Source of the DNA: Atractiella rhizophila
Taxonomy: Eukaryota
Assembly: GCA_021432655.1 (NCBI GenBank)
Contig: MU271334.1
Location: 1-64,000 of the forward strand
DNA length: 64,000 bases
Direction of reading: 5' to 3'
In this document: one piece after another, positions 23,101 to 39,001 of the stretch
How positions within the stretch are numbered: position 1 is the first letter of the stretch
How the letters are laid out: each line of letters begins with the position of its first letter
Made by a program: the position numbers and the translations under genes
The notes under the pieces: generated by a model
Told to the model about the DNA's origin: nothing
The model's input: the letters and a program-made list of their open reading frames with translations, nothing else
Databases searched by the model: none

Positions 23101-24204
23101 CGTCACCGTACGTTGATTCTCGCTTCTGTCCCAATCTGAGATTGATTTCTTTTCGTGATTCAGATCAAGATCAAGAAGCCTGCGGACAACGCTCGTTACC
23201 CCGTGTATTCCGGATTCATCGTCTTCACTTCCGGCTCTGAGGTCCTCAAGGTTCCCTACTTTGGCGTCGCTGGATCGTTGTACAACACCACCATCATCGA
23301 CTATGGAAGCAAGGCCGAAGGCACTCCCATGCCGTAAGCTGCTATCCATTCTTTATATTTAGGTTGCAGTTGACTTGTTCTACCATAGCTTCATCTGGAC
23401 TGTCGGAAACCCTACCAGTGGACCCATCAGTGGAACTGGAGGAACCGTTCAGGTTGGCAGCAAGAGTCGGTCTCTCGATTCTAGTTCTGGCAGATGACTC
23501 ATTGTTTCATGCAGCCTACACCCTTAAGGGAAACAGCTTCCCGACTTTCTTCTTCCGCCTTGCCAGTACGCCAATATGCGCTCTTCCTTTGACTTATGAT
23601 TCTAACATCTGACCCAGTGGGTACTGCTCGATTCACCGTTGATCTCATTCCATCCAGTCAGAAGGTTCCTACCACTGTTGACGTTAGTCCTCCCATCTAC
23701 CCTGTGATAAAACCATAACTGTATTCCAGAACCCCTACCTGGTCGCTTCTACTGCTCCCAGCGTTGCGTCGGCTGGCAAAGATCACCAAGTTTCGACCGA
23801 GTCTTCCCTGATCAACAACATTGTCAAGAGAGCTAGCTATGACTCCATCCCCGTCCTCGGCAACGTCTACGGTGGAGACTACTGGCCACGAAACAGTCTC
23901 ACCGACCCCACCGATGGTAACTACGAGAACTACTACACCTGGGACGGAACTCTCTCCCCCGATGGTGTTAGCTCCGTTGATGCCGAGAATGGCAGCTACA
24001 GGCTCTACTTCAGGTGATTGGATTTGCAATCAATCCCTGTCATTACTGATCGTTTCTACAGGGCTCTCAAGATCAATGGTAACCCTGAAAACAACGACGA
24101 CTACGAAAGCTGGGTGTCTAACGTACGTTTTTCATCAACACTGTGAACAGCTTTTCTGATCATTCCTTTCGTTTTAGATCATCACCATCAAGAGGTCATC
24201 GTAA
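20126..24204 (+). CDS. Secreted S8 subtilase with propeptide, PA domain and C-terminal Fn3-like domain (pyrolysin-like), paralog A; very intron-rich
   Basis: Signal peptide; NTYIVEL propeptide; catalytic VAIVDTG, HGTHVTGI, SAGNDG, SGTSMACP; PA-domain VIIRRGTC; LKVPYFG. Confidence 0.92.
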
Positions 24205-24565
24205 ACATCTCCCCACTTCCTTGCACTCATTCCTGTTCAGTACTTCTGCTTTCAATGTAGGATCTTGTAATTCAAAAAATCTTCGACATACCATTGTCCA
24301 CAGTACCCAGTACCATGAACTGAAAGTTCTCAGTTCATTAAACAATTAACATTCAGACCTGTGACTTTCAACATCTCTTTGTCCCTTAAGCATTCTTGCT
24401 CATTGGTAACGAAAGTAAAAGCTTCGTGTGAGTCTCACTGCTATCTAGATATTGAGGTTGATTGAGATATTGAAATACACTGATTGCGACGAGAGACCGC
24501 CAAATTTCTACACATGGGTCATCATAATTGAATGCCTTCCCTTCAAGTCATGAACTCCTATACGT

Positions 24566-27332
24566 CTACTCCGTAATCTGTCGGACTGCACCCAAAACCA
24601 GGTCAGCATCGTCTACACGTAGACTGAAAGCAAACGCACATTTCTCCAAAATGTCGTCGTTCAGTTTCTTGAACACTTTCTTTACTTGCTCTTCTCCTTG
24701 ACTCGGAGACTACAACAAGGCAGACATGAGCAATGTTCTTGACTGAGAGAGAAACACAAACCTCAAACTTCATCTGCGACAACCTGAACCACTCGTCGCT
24801 GGTCGACTCCCTGATCTTGCTCCAAGGGATTTCGCCGCTCTCAACAGCTTTCACAGCAGAATCGTAATACGTGATGAAGTTTTTCAGCATGCCGTTTGTC
24901 TATCCGTTAAACCATCATCAGCCCTCACTCTTCAGAGAACATATTATGCATGACGCACCTTGTAGAAGGGACAGTAACGATCGTACTCTGCCAATCCGTT
25001 CTGTTGCAAATAGTCATCCTTAATGATCCTCGCAACGTCAAGTGTGATCTTATCAGCTTCGCCAAGCGCGGACTTTCCAACAAGCTGTACGATCTCTGAC
25101 AGCTCGTCCTCCTTCTGTAAGATCTCCTTCGCTTTGTTCCTGTAGCCTGCAAACTCCGGTTCCTTCTGCTCGTACCAAGGTTGAAGCGCGGCGAGATACT
25201 TCGAGTAGGAAAGGTTCCAGTTCACTCTATCGTCCCATTTATCGTTAGGAGGATAGGAGATCGAAGAAGGGAAACATACGAAGGAAAGTGTTTACGTTGT
25301 GCCAGCTTCTTGTCCAATCCCCAGAACACCTGCACAATGTTGAGAGTGCTAGTGGTGACAGGGTCTGAGAAATCTCCACCAGGCGGCGAGACGCTATTCG
25401 CCAACAGTTCACATCCGTCCCAACCTGCGTGGAAAAGTACGAAGTTCACTCACGCTCCGATGAGGGTGACCGTTCCCTCTCTCTGCGGTCCTCCAAGACA
25501 TTCAACCCTTCCAGCTCGCTCGTAGAAGGATGCAAGTTTCGTTCCGAGATAAGCGGGGTAACCAGAATCGGCTGGCATTTCAGCCAGACGACCTGAGAGT
25601 TCTCTCAACGCTTCTGCCCACCTAGCAACACGAACAACGGATATCGATATCAATGCCCGCAATCACAGAGGTAAGAAAGTTGGGAGAACGCACCGCGAGG
25701 TACTGTCGGCAAGGAGAGAGACATGCTTTCCTTGGTCGCGGAAGTACTCTGAGAGTGTGATACCGGTGTAGATTGAAGCTTCGCGAGCCGCTACTGGCAT
25801 GTTTGAGGTGTTGGCGACGAGTGTTGTGCGCTTCATAATGGGTTCTTGACGGCCATCAAAGTCCATGGTCAATTCAGGGAACTGCAATGGTGGATCAGCG
25901 TGTAAGACACAGAATTGATAACTGGACTGACCTCCATCAACACCTCAGCCATCTCGTTCCCACGCTCTCCACATCCGACATAGACGATGATTTCCGAGTT
26001 GGAGAACTTGCTGACGGCCTGCGAGATCATAGTTTTTCCAGCGCCAAAAGCGCCGGGAATGGCGGTCGTCCCTCCTTGGACACATCTATCGAATAATGTG
26101 AGCAATTGACCTTTTGAAAGCTGAAGGAGGAGGGGAGGTTCGGGACATACGGGAACAAGCTGTCGAGCACTCGTTGACCAGTAAGGAGGGGATAGTTTGC
26201 CTGTAATTTGTTCGCAACCGGACGAGGAGCGCGGACCGGCCAAAGCTGCATAAGGGTGTGCTTGGTGGTCTGGCCATTGAGGCTCGTCTCGAGGACCACG
26301 TCCTACATCAACCTTTTTCATTATGCAGCGACCTTGAGAGTAAAGTCTGCATACGTCAACTTTATACGAACCCTTTTCTGCTATCCTCTCCACCGTACCC
26401 ATCGCTCGAGGATGCAACATAATCTTATGCTCAGACACCAACGAGTTCTCCCACACCTTCCCAAACACGTCTCCACCAGTGATATGATCGCCAACCTTGA
26501 ATTTGAGAGGGTCGAAGTCCCACGAAGTTTCTCGGCTGAGAGCCTCGGTGTTGATTCCTCGAGGGATGTAAATCGACTTGGAAAGGTCGTGAATGGACTT
26601 AAGAGGGCGTTGGATACCGTCGTAGATGTTGGACATGAGTCCTGGCCCCAGCTCGACTGATAGTGGTTTGCCAGTGCGCAATACAGGGTCACCAATCGTC
26701 ATACCGCTGCAAAAGCCAACGATTAGTATATGATTGAAAGCACCCTGCTGTATGCTGCAGCGTTTGCGCAATAACTGTCGAGTAACCCAACAAATAATTT
26801 CAACCTGATCCCCAGCAGGGTCCCAGAAATCAAACCCTTCTTCATTCTATACTATAGGAGCTGCTCTAAAAAGCTTGAAGCAAGAGGAAGGCACGGATGG
26901 AGGCTCGCACTCCGTGCCATCTTTTGTGGCAGCAAAATGCACAGGACGTTCACTACACCCACAGAATGGCAGAATCTGAACGCACCTAGTTTCCTCATAG
27001 ACCTGGATCGATACCTTATCTTTATCGATCCTGATAATCTCTCCCACCAACTCATCGTGTCCGACTCTGACCAACTCGTACATGGCCGCCCCCACCATGT
27101 TCTCTGCCACCACTACAGGTCCGGAAACGGAGTAAACCGAGCCCAGTTGCCTCTCGGAAGCATCTATCACCACAGTACAGTTCACATTAGCAAGGACCTG
27201 AGCATTGATGTATGGAGGAGACGCACCTCGAATCTTTGGCGCGGATCGCTTGGCGTCTTCGAGGGTAGACTATGCGCAAAAGAGAGTCAGTCACAGCATT
27301 CTGAGGGTTGGATAACAGCTATGACATACCAT
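24566..27332 (-). CDS. VMA1: V-type ATPase catalytic subunit A (no intein)
   Basis: [31 protein letters not shown] (P-loop), [52 protein letters not shown]. Confidence 0.97.
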
Positions 27333-28513
27333 TTCGGATGAATGAAGGGCTGACGAGCAAGAGGATCAGGAGTGGAAAAGGCACAGGTTAGGGTTAGGGC
27401 AAAGATCTTGACTACGCATCCGCTGCACCGAAACCTTATTCGATTATATTGCAACCGCAACGAAGAAACTGGTGACCTCAAGGAGGCAGGACGTGGCAGT
27501 AGCCAGGGCAGTAGTAACAGTCAAAGAGGCAGGATAGAGGAAGATATCCCTGTGGGTAAGATAGTACGTCTTCAAGTGAGTCGCCCCGTCATTGTTGTTG
27601 CCTTTTCAACACTATTGAATTGTTTTGCGCGTCCAAAGACTCATCACTGGACTTGACTTGCCCGTTCTTCTTGTATCTTCTTATAAACGGCGCACATCCA
27701 GTCCAGGCAGTACATCTCTGCAAACAAAATATTCTCGTATACAAAAAACAGGGCTGCATCCAAATCCAGCGCTCCACGAACTCCAACCTGCTTCGACCTG
27801 ACCCTCGAACCCGAAGAGCAGCTGATCAGAAAGCTGACCGTCAAATATCAGGAGCTCGAGATATTCCTCCTATTTCATCATTTCTAGCGAATCCCTATAT
27901 TCAATATTCATCCATTTATTCTCTCGCAGAAGGCATTTGATTCTCGCAGTACGAAGAACACTTGCTTAGTTACGGCATTTTGTGACTCTCCTCCTTTCTT
28001 TCGTGAGTCTTTCAATGAGCCTGTAATTCATGAGAAGCTCTTCTAAGTGTATTTGAAGGTTTCGATTGGAGAAAAAGCTATCGATAGACATTTTCTCAAT
28101 ATCCGTTGTATTAGGCTATCAAGGTGAGCCATCAAGAGCTAGTTTACTTTGTAACATTTTTTCCTTGTTACATTGATTCTGGAAGGAGCAAAATGAGGGA
28201 TCCTCTCGTTCATACTGCGTTGACTGCTTCTGCGCCTGTCGTAACGTGGTAGCTATTATGATACTTGTGATACCAAGTTTCAACAGTAAATTCTTGCTGA
28301 AGCTGTGCGAAACGATTTCACGCTTGCAACCGTTTGACGAGTCTCTGAATTTCGCAATTTGTGCAATTGACAGACGCACTCCTTCTGCATAATTTCTCCG
28401 ATGCATCGAGATAGCGGGGATACATATTGATGACTTGTTTGCCTTTCAGGATCAGAACAAGAGGCTTTGTGCCCATTAATAACGAAAAATACCTCCACTA
28501 CCCACGATTCATC

Positions 28514-31227
28514 ATGCTCCAGCTCTCCAGCTCTCTTCTTCTCGCCTTCTCCGTCCTCCTTCCCTTCACCCAACCCGCCGTTCCCCAACCGCGTACCTAT
28601 TCCACACATCAATACTATGTTCTCAACCTCCCTCCGTCCCTTTCACCGTTCCCCCATCGCACACTGTCCGATTTATTCCCAAACACTACCTTGGAGCTCG
28701 TGGAGCCCTTTAACGCGCTCCCTGATCATTACCTCGTCCGTCGGCGGAAGCTGGAGCGGCTAGAAGAGGAGGAGGAAGAAGAGCGGCGCGTACGACGTAG
28801 CTGGGAGAGCCGGCGTCACGCGAAGCGACACGAAGGGTGGAGTGGTGCGATGGAGCTTATTCCTCAGACGCCGAAGCGGCGAACGAAACGATATTACATC
28901 GATGAGGACTCTTCCGACGACGACATCGACCTAGAGATCCGCTCTGACGCGTTCAATGTCTCGCTTGTTAAGCGTGCTCCGGCTCCTCCCCCTTCTTTCG
29001 CCTCCCAGATTAACGATCCGCTTTTCCCCAAACAGTGGCACCTCCTCAATCCAACTGAACACGGAAACGACTTAAACGTTCTGTCTCTTTGGCCCACAGT
29101 CACAGGAAAGGGGGTGACGGTAGCGCTCATAGACGATGGATTGGATATTTACCACGATGACATCAAAGCGGGCTATGCCATTGGGAAGGTCGGAAGTTGG
29201 GATTACAACGACCACGTCCCGACCCCGCTTGCCAGACTTGCCGATGACTTCCATGGTACGAGGTGCGCGGGAGAGATTGCAGCGCGTCCGAACGATGTTT
29301 GTGGTGTTGGAGTGGCCTGGGAGGCGGGTTTGGCGGCGATCAGGATCCTCAGTGGAGATATTACTGACGCGGATGAGGCGATGGCTTTGAATCATGGTTT
29401 TCAGACCAACGCAATTTACAGCTGTTCTTGGGTTCGTTCGCCTATTCTCCTGCATATCTTTACATTGAGTGACTGATCGGGATTATGAAGGGACCGCCAG
29501 ACACTGGTCGCGCACTTGGAGCCCCGTCTCCATTGATCCAGAAAGCTTTCCTCACTGGCGTCCAAGTCGGTCGACAAGGCTTGGGGAGCATTTTCGTCTT
29601 TGCATCTGGGAACGGAGGGACATATGAAGACCAGTGCAACTTTGACGGATACACCAACTCGATCTGGACGGTGACGATTGGCGCACTGGATCACAAAGGC
29701 GCTCATCCCGAGTACAGTGAGAGCTGTGCTGCCCTCATGGCCGTGGCTTGGAGCTCTGGTGGTGGAGCAAGCATCTTTACGACGGATGTGCATAAGAATA
29801 AATGTACGGGAGGACATGGTGGAACTAGTGCTGCCGCTCCACTCGGTATGATTTTCTTCTCCAATTTAAAGGAACTTGAACGAGCTCGTCTTCCTAGCTT
29901 CAGGTATTTTCGCCCTTGCTCTGCAGGTCCGGCCAGATCTTACATGGCGAGACATCCAATACCTTTGCGTGGTCACCGCTGTTCCCATTAATCCCAAAGA
30001 TCCCGACTGGGACCGCACTGCTTCTACTCCTCGAAGGCAATTCTCGTACAAATACGGCTACGGTAAGCTTGACGCCGTCAAGTATGTCGAGGCGGCTCGT
30101 ACCTGGCAGCTCGTGAAACCGCAAGGATGGTATCAATCAGAAGTTCAAGCGCAAGAAGCGGAGATGTCAGAAAATGGCGTCGTGCGCGTTATCGAGGTCA
30201 CTGAACAGAACTTGCTCGATGCTAATTTCGATAAATCTGCCACGGAACATGTGCAGGTGACGGTCAATATCGAACATGAGCGAAGAGGCAACGTGGAGGT
30301 CATCCTTGAAAGTCCACATGGTGTCAAGAGTGTGTTGGCTAAATCGAGGAGGTGGGATGAAGACAGAGACGGCTTTAAAGATTGGACATTCATGACGTTG
30401 AAGCATTGGTGCGCTTCCTCTCCCGTCCTATCTCCGTCCATTAATGCTAGCTTTGACTTGACAGGGGAGAGAACCCTGTTGGCAAATGGAAACTTACCGT
30501 CTTGCACAAGAATGCGAAAGAGGCAAAGGGGTCATTCAAAGATTGGCAACTCATGCTTTGGGGACAAGTCATGGATCCGACTCGTGCGAAGGAGTACAAG
30601 ATCCCTGAGGACGAAGATATTCAGCTGCCAGCCAATCCCACAGAAGCAGCAGTGGAACAACCAACGCAGACACAAGATTCCTCCTCCTCTACTGATGATC
30701 AATCAGAGGAGCCGATGCCAGAAACACCGGAAGACGAGCGGCCTAATCCTGTGGAGGACGAGGATCTGGGAGTACCCCTCCCGACGAAAACTCTTGTCAA
30801 ACCAGCAGACGAACTTCCTGCAGATCATTCCATCGCCATTGGAGACACTGATTCAGTATTTCACGAGTCGGATGAGGGAGACATGTTGCCATCGCGACAA
30901 TTTCGCATACCTACATGGGTTTTTGCCCTGATTGGACTCCTCATCGTCGCTGGTGGATCGACCGCTGCCTACTTTCTCATAGATCGACGACGGCGGAAAG
31001 CAGTAGGAGATCGACCATACGATTTCGACCTTCTTCCAGGAGACGAGGGTGATGATGATTATGAGGGAGTAGAAATGGGGAGAATTAGATTGCATGAAGA
31101 AGGAAGCCAAAGCGTCATTGGCTTCGAAAGGTTCACTCAACTCGACGACGACGAACACGAAAAAATTCCGATACCACGAAACATCGAGCAGCAACAGCGG
31201 CATGAAGCAAGGTCGTTCCCACGTTGA
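28514..31227 (+). CDS. KEX2: Kexin, subtilisin-like proprotein convertase
   Basis: Signal peptide, DPLFPKQWHL, IDDG, HGTRCAGEI, SGNGG, HGGTSAAAP, P domain, TM helix, cytosolic YDF motif. Confidence 0.95.
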
Positions 31228-32037
31228 TGTTTTCAAGCGTCGATTGCAGTTCGTTATTCATCTTTGCATCAGTCCGTTGCAATTCATTTTGTTTCGTTTC
31301 AACTGTCTTTCTGTGGCTCTTGCTCTTCCAGCATTGTAACGTAATCTGAGGTCGAAACTCATCATGTTCACGACCGTCATCGAATAACAAAGCTTGCAAA
31401 TCAATTCTTTTTCAACAACGGACTCCTTCCTCTGTCTCAGCTTATAGCGGGTTTTATCCGACATGGACACCTTTCCTCCTGATCGACTGCCTATTTCGGA
31501 GGTTTCAGCTGTGACCAAGACCAAACAGTGTCACGAAGCCATCTATCCTAGGCCCTCCTTCCACTCGTTCATCAAAGGACGGAGAGACAGGGTGAACGAG
31601 TTTGTGGTTTGAGCTGCAGGGTTCAGCTGAATTGGAGGTAAGCTTTCTCATCATTTGGCTGCCATTCACTGGCACCTTCAAAGACTGTCGAACTGGAACT
31701 GGAGGTTCAAGTCCAAGTCTTGCATTCGTCTCCTTGTGCCTCTCTATACCCCGTTGAAGAATTGGACTTTCAACCTCCCATTTGTGGATTTCTTTTCTTT
31801 ACTCGGTTGTGCTAGGATCTTGAAAGATCCAGCGCGTTCTTACAGAGTGCTCAAACAGTTTCTCGATTATTTCACGCGGTTTGGAGCTGAAAATGAGAGC
31901 CTATATCGGCTGCCCAAGCTGTCAAGCTGCAATATACTCCTCATGATTTTTGTTTCCGGTAAACTCTCCTAACATTTCCAAACTGTTTTCGTTTGTTCCG
32001 CATCATTTAGTCTAATGGTAGCAAAAAGGTGTCTGAA

Positions 32038-33321
32038 ATGGCTCAAAATCTCCCCCCCGAGATTGTTGCCCACATTCTTTCGACTTGCGAGCCACAAATC
32101 GATATTTCTTGGTCGCTCATGTGCGTCCTCATCTGTTCCCTTCATCTGCTATGTTACCGAACACTATATTACAGAGCACCAAACTGGACCCACGAAGTTC
32201 GACGAATTTTCTTTCGCCTTGTAACCCTGTATACGCGGAGCACGAGCAGAGTCAACCGTCCTTCCGTTAAGGCTTTCAAACGTGCATTTGAAATGCAGGG
32301 ATGCTCGTGGCTCAAGGAAACGATACAATACCTCATAATCGAGTGCCAACCCCCATTTCTGATGCAAGGAAAGCCCTCTAAGTGGAAGCAGATCAGGTCC
32401 TATCTTTTCAAGCGCCGGAGGCAGATATCAGATCAAAACGCGATTGAAAAGGACTTGGTCTGTCTCGAGGACTATCCCAGCAAACTACCAGCACTCAGGA
32501 ACGTTCTGATCTTCCGATCCTCAAGTGCACCCTGTTTTACGACAGAGAACATTCTTCTTCCTTTTCGTGGACTGGCACTCGATTATTTCTCTATAAATGA
32601 CGATACTTCCTCCCCTTTGTTTCCCGGATGCATCGCCTTCTTCAACACCCTTACTCTAAAGAGCTTTCGCCTCGAAATGAGAGAAGTTTTCAGCTTCCAA
32701 GAAGGGGAGGAAAAGCTTCAGTTGTCTCCATTACGAACTCTCAGTTTTAATTATGACCCCTGTGGTTCCGGTCGAACCGTCCACTCGCCGGAAGCTCTCG
32801 AGAGCCTATTAAGCTGTACAGCTTCAATAGAAGAATTGAAGCTGGGTGATTTTTCGATAACGAGCCTTCAGCTGCCCTGCGATATACATACGATCGGAAC
32901 CCTCAAGCGTCTCTCTCTTCGAAAATTCATCTGCCCAGAAGTGGCCCTTAACAGACTCATTTCTGCATGCCAAACATTGGAGTTTCTTTGTTTGGACGAA
33001 ATTGGGTGGACCGCTCGTTTGTTTTCTCACTTGCCACACTCTTTGCTCTCCCTCGCCCTGTCGATTCCTGATGCCGGCTACATCACGCCTACCGAGGTCG
33101 AAGCGGCTCTTCTTAAAAGGACGGAATACACTTGGGAACATGCCCCTCTCCTCACACTCTTCAAGTGTGTCTCGGAGCTTGACCTTACGCGCGCGAACCC
33201 GCTTTGGGACTATACAAGTTGCACGGATTTGGAACGAAAGCTAAAGGATAGGAGGAAGGAGTGTACTTTCGAGTTCATTTGCAAAGCCCCACCTCACCAT
33301 ATGGTTTGTGAGATCTGGTAG
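32038..33321 (+). CDS. Intronless F-box/LRR-like protein
   Basis: ~427-codon ORF from ATG 32038 with N-terminal LPPEIVAHIL (F-box-like) and repeated LxxLxL segments (LKRLSL, LEFLCL, IEELKL). Confidence 0.6.
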   Translation: MAQNLPPEIVAHILSTCEPQIDISWSLMCVLICSLHLLCYRTLYYRAPNWTHEVRRIFFRLVTLYTRSTSRVNRPSVKAFKRAFEMQGCSWLKETIQYLIIECQPPFLMQGKPSKWKQIRSYLFKRRRQISDQNAIEKDLVCLEDYPSKLPALRNVLIFRSSSAPCFTTENILLPFRGLALDYFSINDDTSSPLFPGCIAFFNTLTLKSFRLEMREVFSFQEGEEKLQLSPLRTLSFNYDPCGSGRTVHSPEALESLLSCTASIEELKLGDFSITSLQLPCDIHTIGTLKRLSLRKFICPEVALNRLISACQTLEFLCLDEIGWTARLFSHLPHSLLSLALSIPDAGYITPTEVEAALLKRTEYTWEHAPLLTLFKCVSELDLTRANPLWDYTSCTDLERKLKDRRKECTFEFICKAPPHHMVCEIW

Positions 33322-34177
33322 ACTGCTGCATCTCATAGCCATTTTGGTTTGACTGGTCTAATTAATGTAGTAGGACTGCTTGTCAGAAAAGGAGACAAAT
33401 CAACTTGAGCTCCTTAACGACAAGTACGCTGCCTCTTGCTTGATCACCGGTATAAAGCTTCGAGTTCTTTGCGCAAAGTAATAAAGCATAACTTGCGAGG
33501 CTTTTGGATCCACTATTGTCAGAATTCCATGCTCGCGTAGCATGTTCAAGTTAGACTGAACTATCGAACACTTGGCTCTTTTCTTTGTTTCTAAGCTATA
33601 ATAATATATCATCGTCACCATTTATGTGGTTTCAAGTTCTAAACCTTCATTTGCAAACACTCCAACGCATAACGACCCTATACCCAGGTGTTCTGCAAGC
33701 CCGACACTTCTATACCCTACGACTTTCTGCCGATCTCAGTTTATTGACAGGTATGTACAGACCCATTCCCTTTTGTCATCGTAATATGCCTTGTGATATC
33801 TCATCACAAGTTCCGTTCTTACTTCATACCCCTTTCACGAATATACCAGTCTTTCGTTGAAATGTCCAAAGTTAAATGATGATGGAAAGGTTTTCATCTG
33901 CTTCGTGTTGCTCTTGCCGCTGAGAGGAGCAGCCATGTTGTCCAAGCTGACTTAGGATTCAATTCCAGTTTCCCTCTTGTACAATTGCCTTCTTATGCCT
34001 CCAGCTTTTAATGACGTTGTCTAACTCAATGCCGCTCGAAGTACTGCAGTGTTTGAATTCAACTTTATCGGAATGCGACTCCTTCCCGGCCAGGAAAGCG
34101 GGTGCCGATCCTTTCCGTATGATTTCATATCTCACCAATAATATCTCACAGTCCTTTGCATTGCATAGTCTTGTAAA

Positions 34178-36047
34178 ATGGCCACGGACTCATTGAGGCA
34201 AGAGCTTCGCATACTGATCATCGGCGCAGGATTGGTACATCTCACCTTCGATTTCGAAAACAGCACTGATTTCTTTGGTTTAGGCTGGACTCAGCACCGG
34301 CCTCGCACTTGCGAAACTGGGATTTAGTAATGTTCAGGTCGTTGAGCAAGCAAAGGATTTAGGAGTAGTTGGAGTGGGGATACAGGTCCGATTTTACCTG
34401 TCTCATATCTAATGGTGCCTGATCGGTGAGATTTATAGTGTGCACCTAACATGGCGAGGATTTTGGATCGTTTGCGAGTTTGGGACGAAGTGAAGAGTGA
34501 TGGCGTAGAGTTCCAAAGAATGTCGATTCGTCGTCAGTTTCTGTCCTCTGAAATCTCCACCGTTTTGTTAATTACAGAATGCAGGAGCGGCGACAAACGA
34601 GGTCCTTTCTGAAGTCTATATGGGGGACAATGAAAAGAAGTATGGATTTCCCAATGTTGTAAGCTGAGACACTGCAGATATTCTTTTGAATCTGAAAGAG
34701 AAGCATCAGGTCGCGCATCGGGCGTCTATCACAAATGCCATCTATAGTTCTCTGAAGGATAACCACTCCCAACAAGTGCGGTTCAAATTCGCTGCCCGGG
34801 TAGAGTCCATAGACTTCGAACGCACTACTGCAACTCTGGACAATGGCGAAACAATTGCAGCTGACGTGATCATTTCTGGCGATGGAATCAAGAGCAAGAC
34901 AAGGGCATTGATGGTTGAGCGTGAAGGAATGACGGATCAAGGTGCCTCGGTTCATCTGCTGGTTCTGAACAGCCAACTGATGAATTCGCAATCTAAATAC
35001 GATGCACATAGCGGTGGATACGGGCAGAGCAGCTTATCGCCTCACCATAACTCGCGAGCAGATGGAAGACGATCCAGAGTTGAAGGCACTGATAGATAAC
35101 AACGGCGTCATTCGGTGGATAACCCACGAACGCATGATTCTTGTTAGCTATCTTTCCTCATAAGAGCTCTGATCCTCATATTATGCATAGTGCTACCCCA
35201 TTCAACGACACACAATTTTCAACATTGTTGTTGTCCATCCAGACATCAACTTTGCGACGGCCGACGAATGGACGGTTCGTGGATCCAAAGCGGACCTCCT
35301 GAAAGTATGCCACGATTTCTGTCCCACGGTGCAAAAGATGTTAGGTAGAGTCGAAGAAGATAGTGTTTGGGAGTGGAAACTGCGTGTTAGTGCAAAGCTA
35401 AAGACCTGGGTATGTGGTAACGTTGCTTTATCGGGGGTATGTGAGCTTTTTTACTCTTTGGTTGTGGCTTCTAACAGTGATTGCAAAAGGATGCTTGCCA
35501 CGCCACTCTTCCACATCTAGCCCAGGTGCCTTCTTTACATTTTTTAGTGTTGTTCTGCTCCGGCTGATGCGGATTACTAGGGTGCTGCACAAGCTCTTGA
35601 AGACGGAGTCGCATTGGCAGTCTGTCTCTCAAAAATTGATTCTAAGGAGGACATCAACCAAGCACTTCTCGCCTACCAAGTATGTCCCCTCCTGCCACAG
35701 ACAGGCGTATTCTTGCTTAAGGTCGAACCAGACGATGCGAAAAAGCCGTGCAGAGTTGATGGTCGACCGCGCTGCTGCATCCGGACAAGAATTGAGCAAG
35801 AAACACTCTGAGGATCGTGATGCGAGGTTCAAGGCCGCCGCAACCGGGGGAGAGAATCCAGACAAAATGGCAGATTTGTAGCCTTCCCTCTTCACCATTT
35901 ACACCTGCTGATTGTACTAAACGGAGCAGGAAGGTGCAGCAATGGATCTATAGTTACGACGTATTTGAAGACGCGATGGCGAATTTCGAGAAATATTTCA
36001 AGGAATCAGGATTGAGCTCAGGGGAAATTGAAGCCAGGCTATCGTAA
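34178..36047 (+). CDS. FAD-dependent monooxygenase (salicylate hydroxylase-like, class A), paralog A
   Basis: ILIIGAGL|AGL, GVGIQ|CAPNM, ISGDGIKS, ALSG|DACHATLPHLAQ|GAAQALEDG. Confidence 0.9.
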
Positions 36048-36734
36048 TTTGTAGTCACGCTCAAAAGGATGCCAGATGTGAGGCATGTTACGCGGGAAGT
36101 GTTGTTGTTACTTTTACTGCTGCAATTCCTCCATTCAATAATGTTTATGGTCACGTGTTTGGAGAAAGCTTGTGTGTGGTGAGAAGGGTGTGAATTTTGT
36201 ACGTACAAATCTTGCCACCATCTCAAAAGACTGAGGACGACTCGATCTCAGCTTGTTGCTGCTAGATTTCGAAGATTTTGTGTGCGTTAGGTTACGTAGC
36301 GATAAGCCGTACTGTGAGCCATCTGACATTTACGGGAAGTGATGTGGAAGGCGTTGAAAGCTGTGATCTCTTTGCTCCTCACTTTGCACAACTGCTATTC
36401 CTATGCGTGAGAGAGCTAGACAGTCTTTGGTGCTTGGCTTACCATCTGCCATGCCGAGTTGTTATCTTGAAACACTCTCATGGAGCCCATAATTGCCACT
36501 TCCCGAGCAGGAGCATTTGCGCTACAACTTGTGCGCGCTGAGCTTCTTTGGGTATTCTGGAGCCTTAAACATGGTTTAGAGCGAGAGGCAGCCCTTCTAG
36601 CTATTACTTCAAAGAATAGCTAGTTAAGTTATTTGCAGTCCAACGACTGGTTTCTTCAACAAGGAAATGACCCTCATCATTTCACATCTTTCATTCTCTA
36701 TTCTTGCTAATCCCTCTCTACAGTCACATCCAAA

Positions 36735-38941
<2,207 letters not shown>

Positions 38942-39001
38942 AGCATGTGTTCTAAAGGTGCCTGTATACTGGCTTTTCGCTGCAACCATATATCACATGT
39001 A

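Noticed and set aside
25930..26000. VMA1 intein
   Set aside because: The insertion site [11 protein letters not shown] is contiguous.
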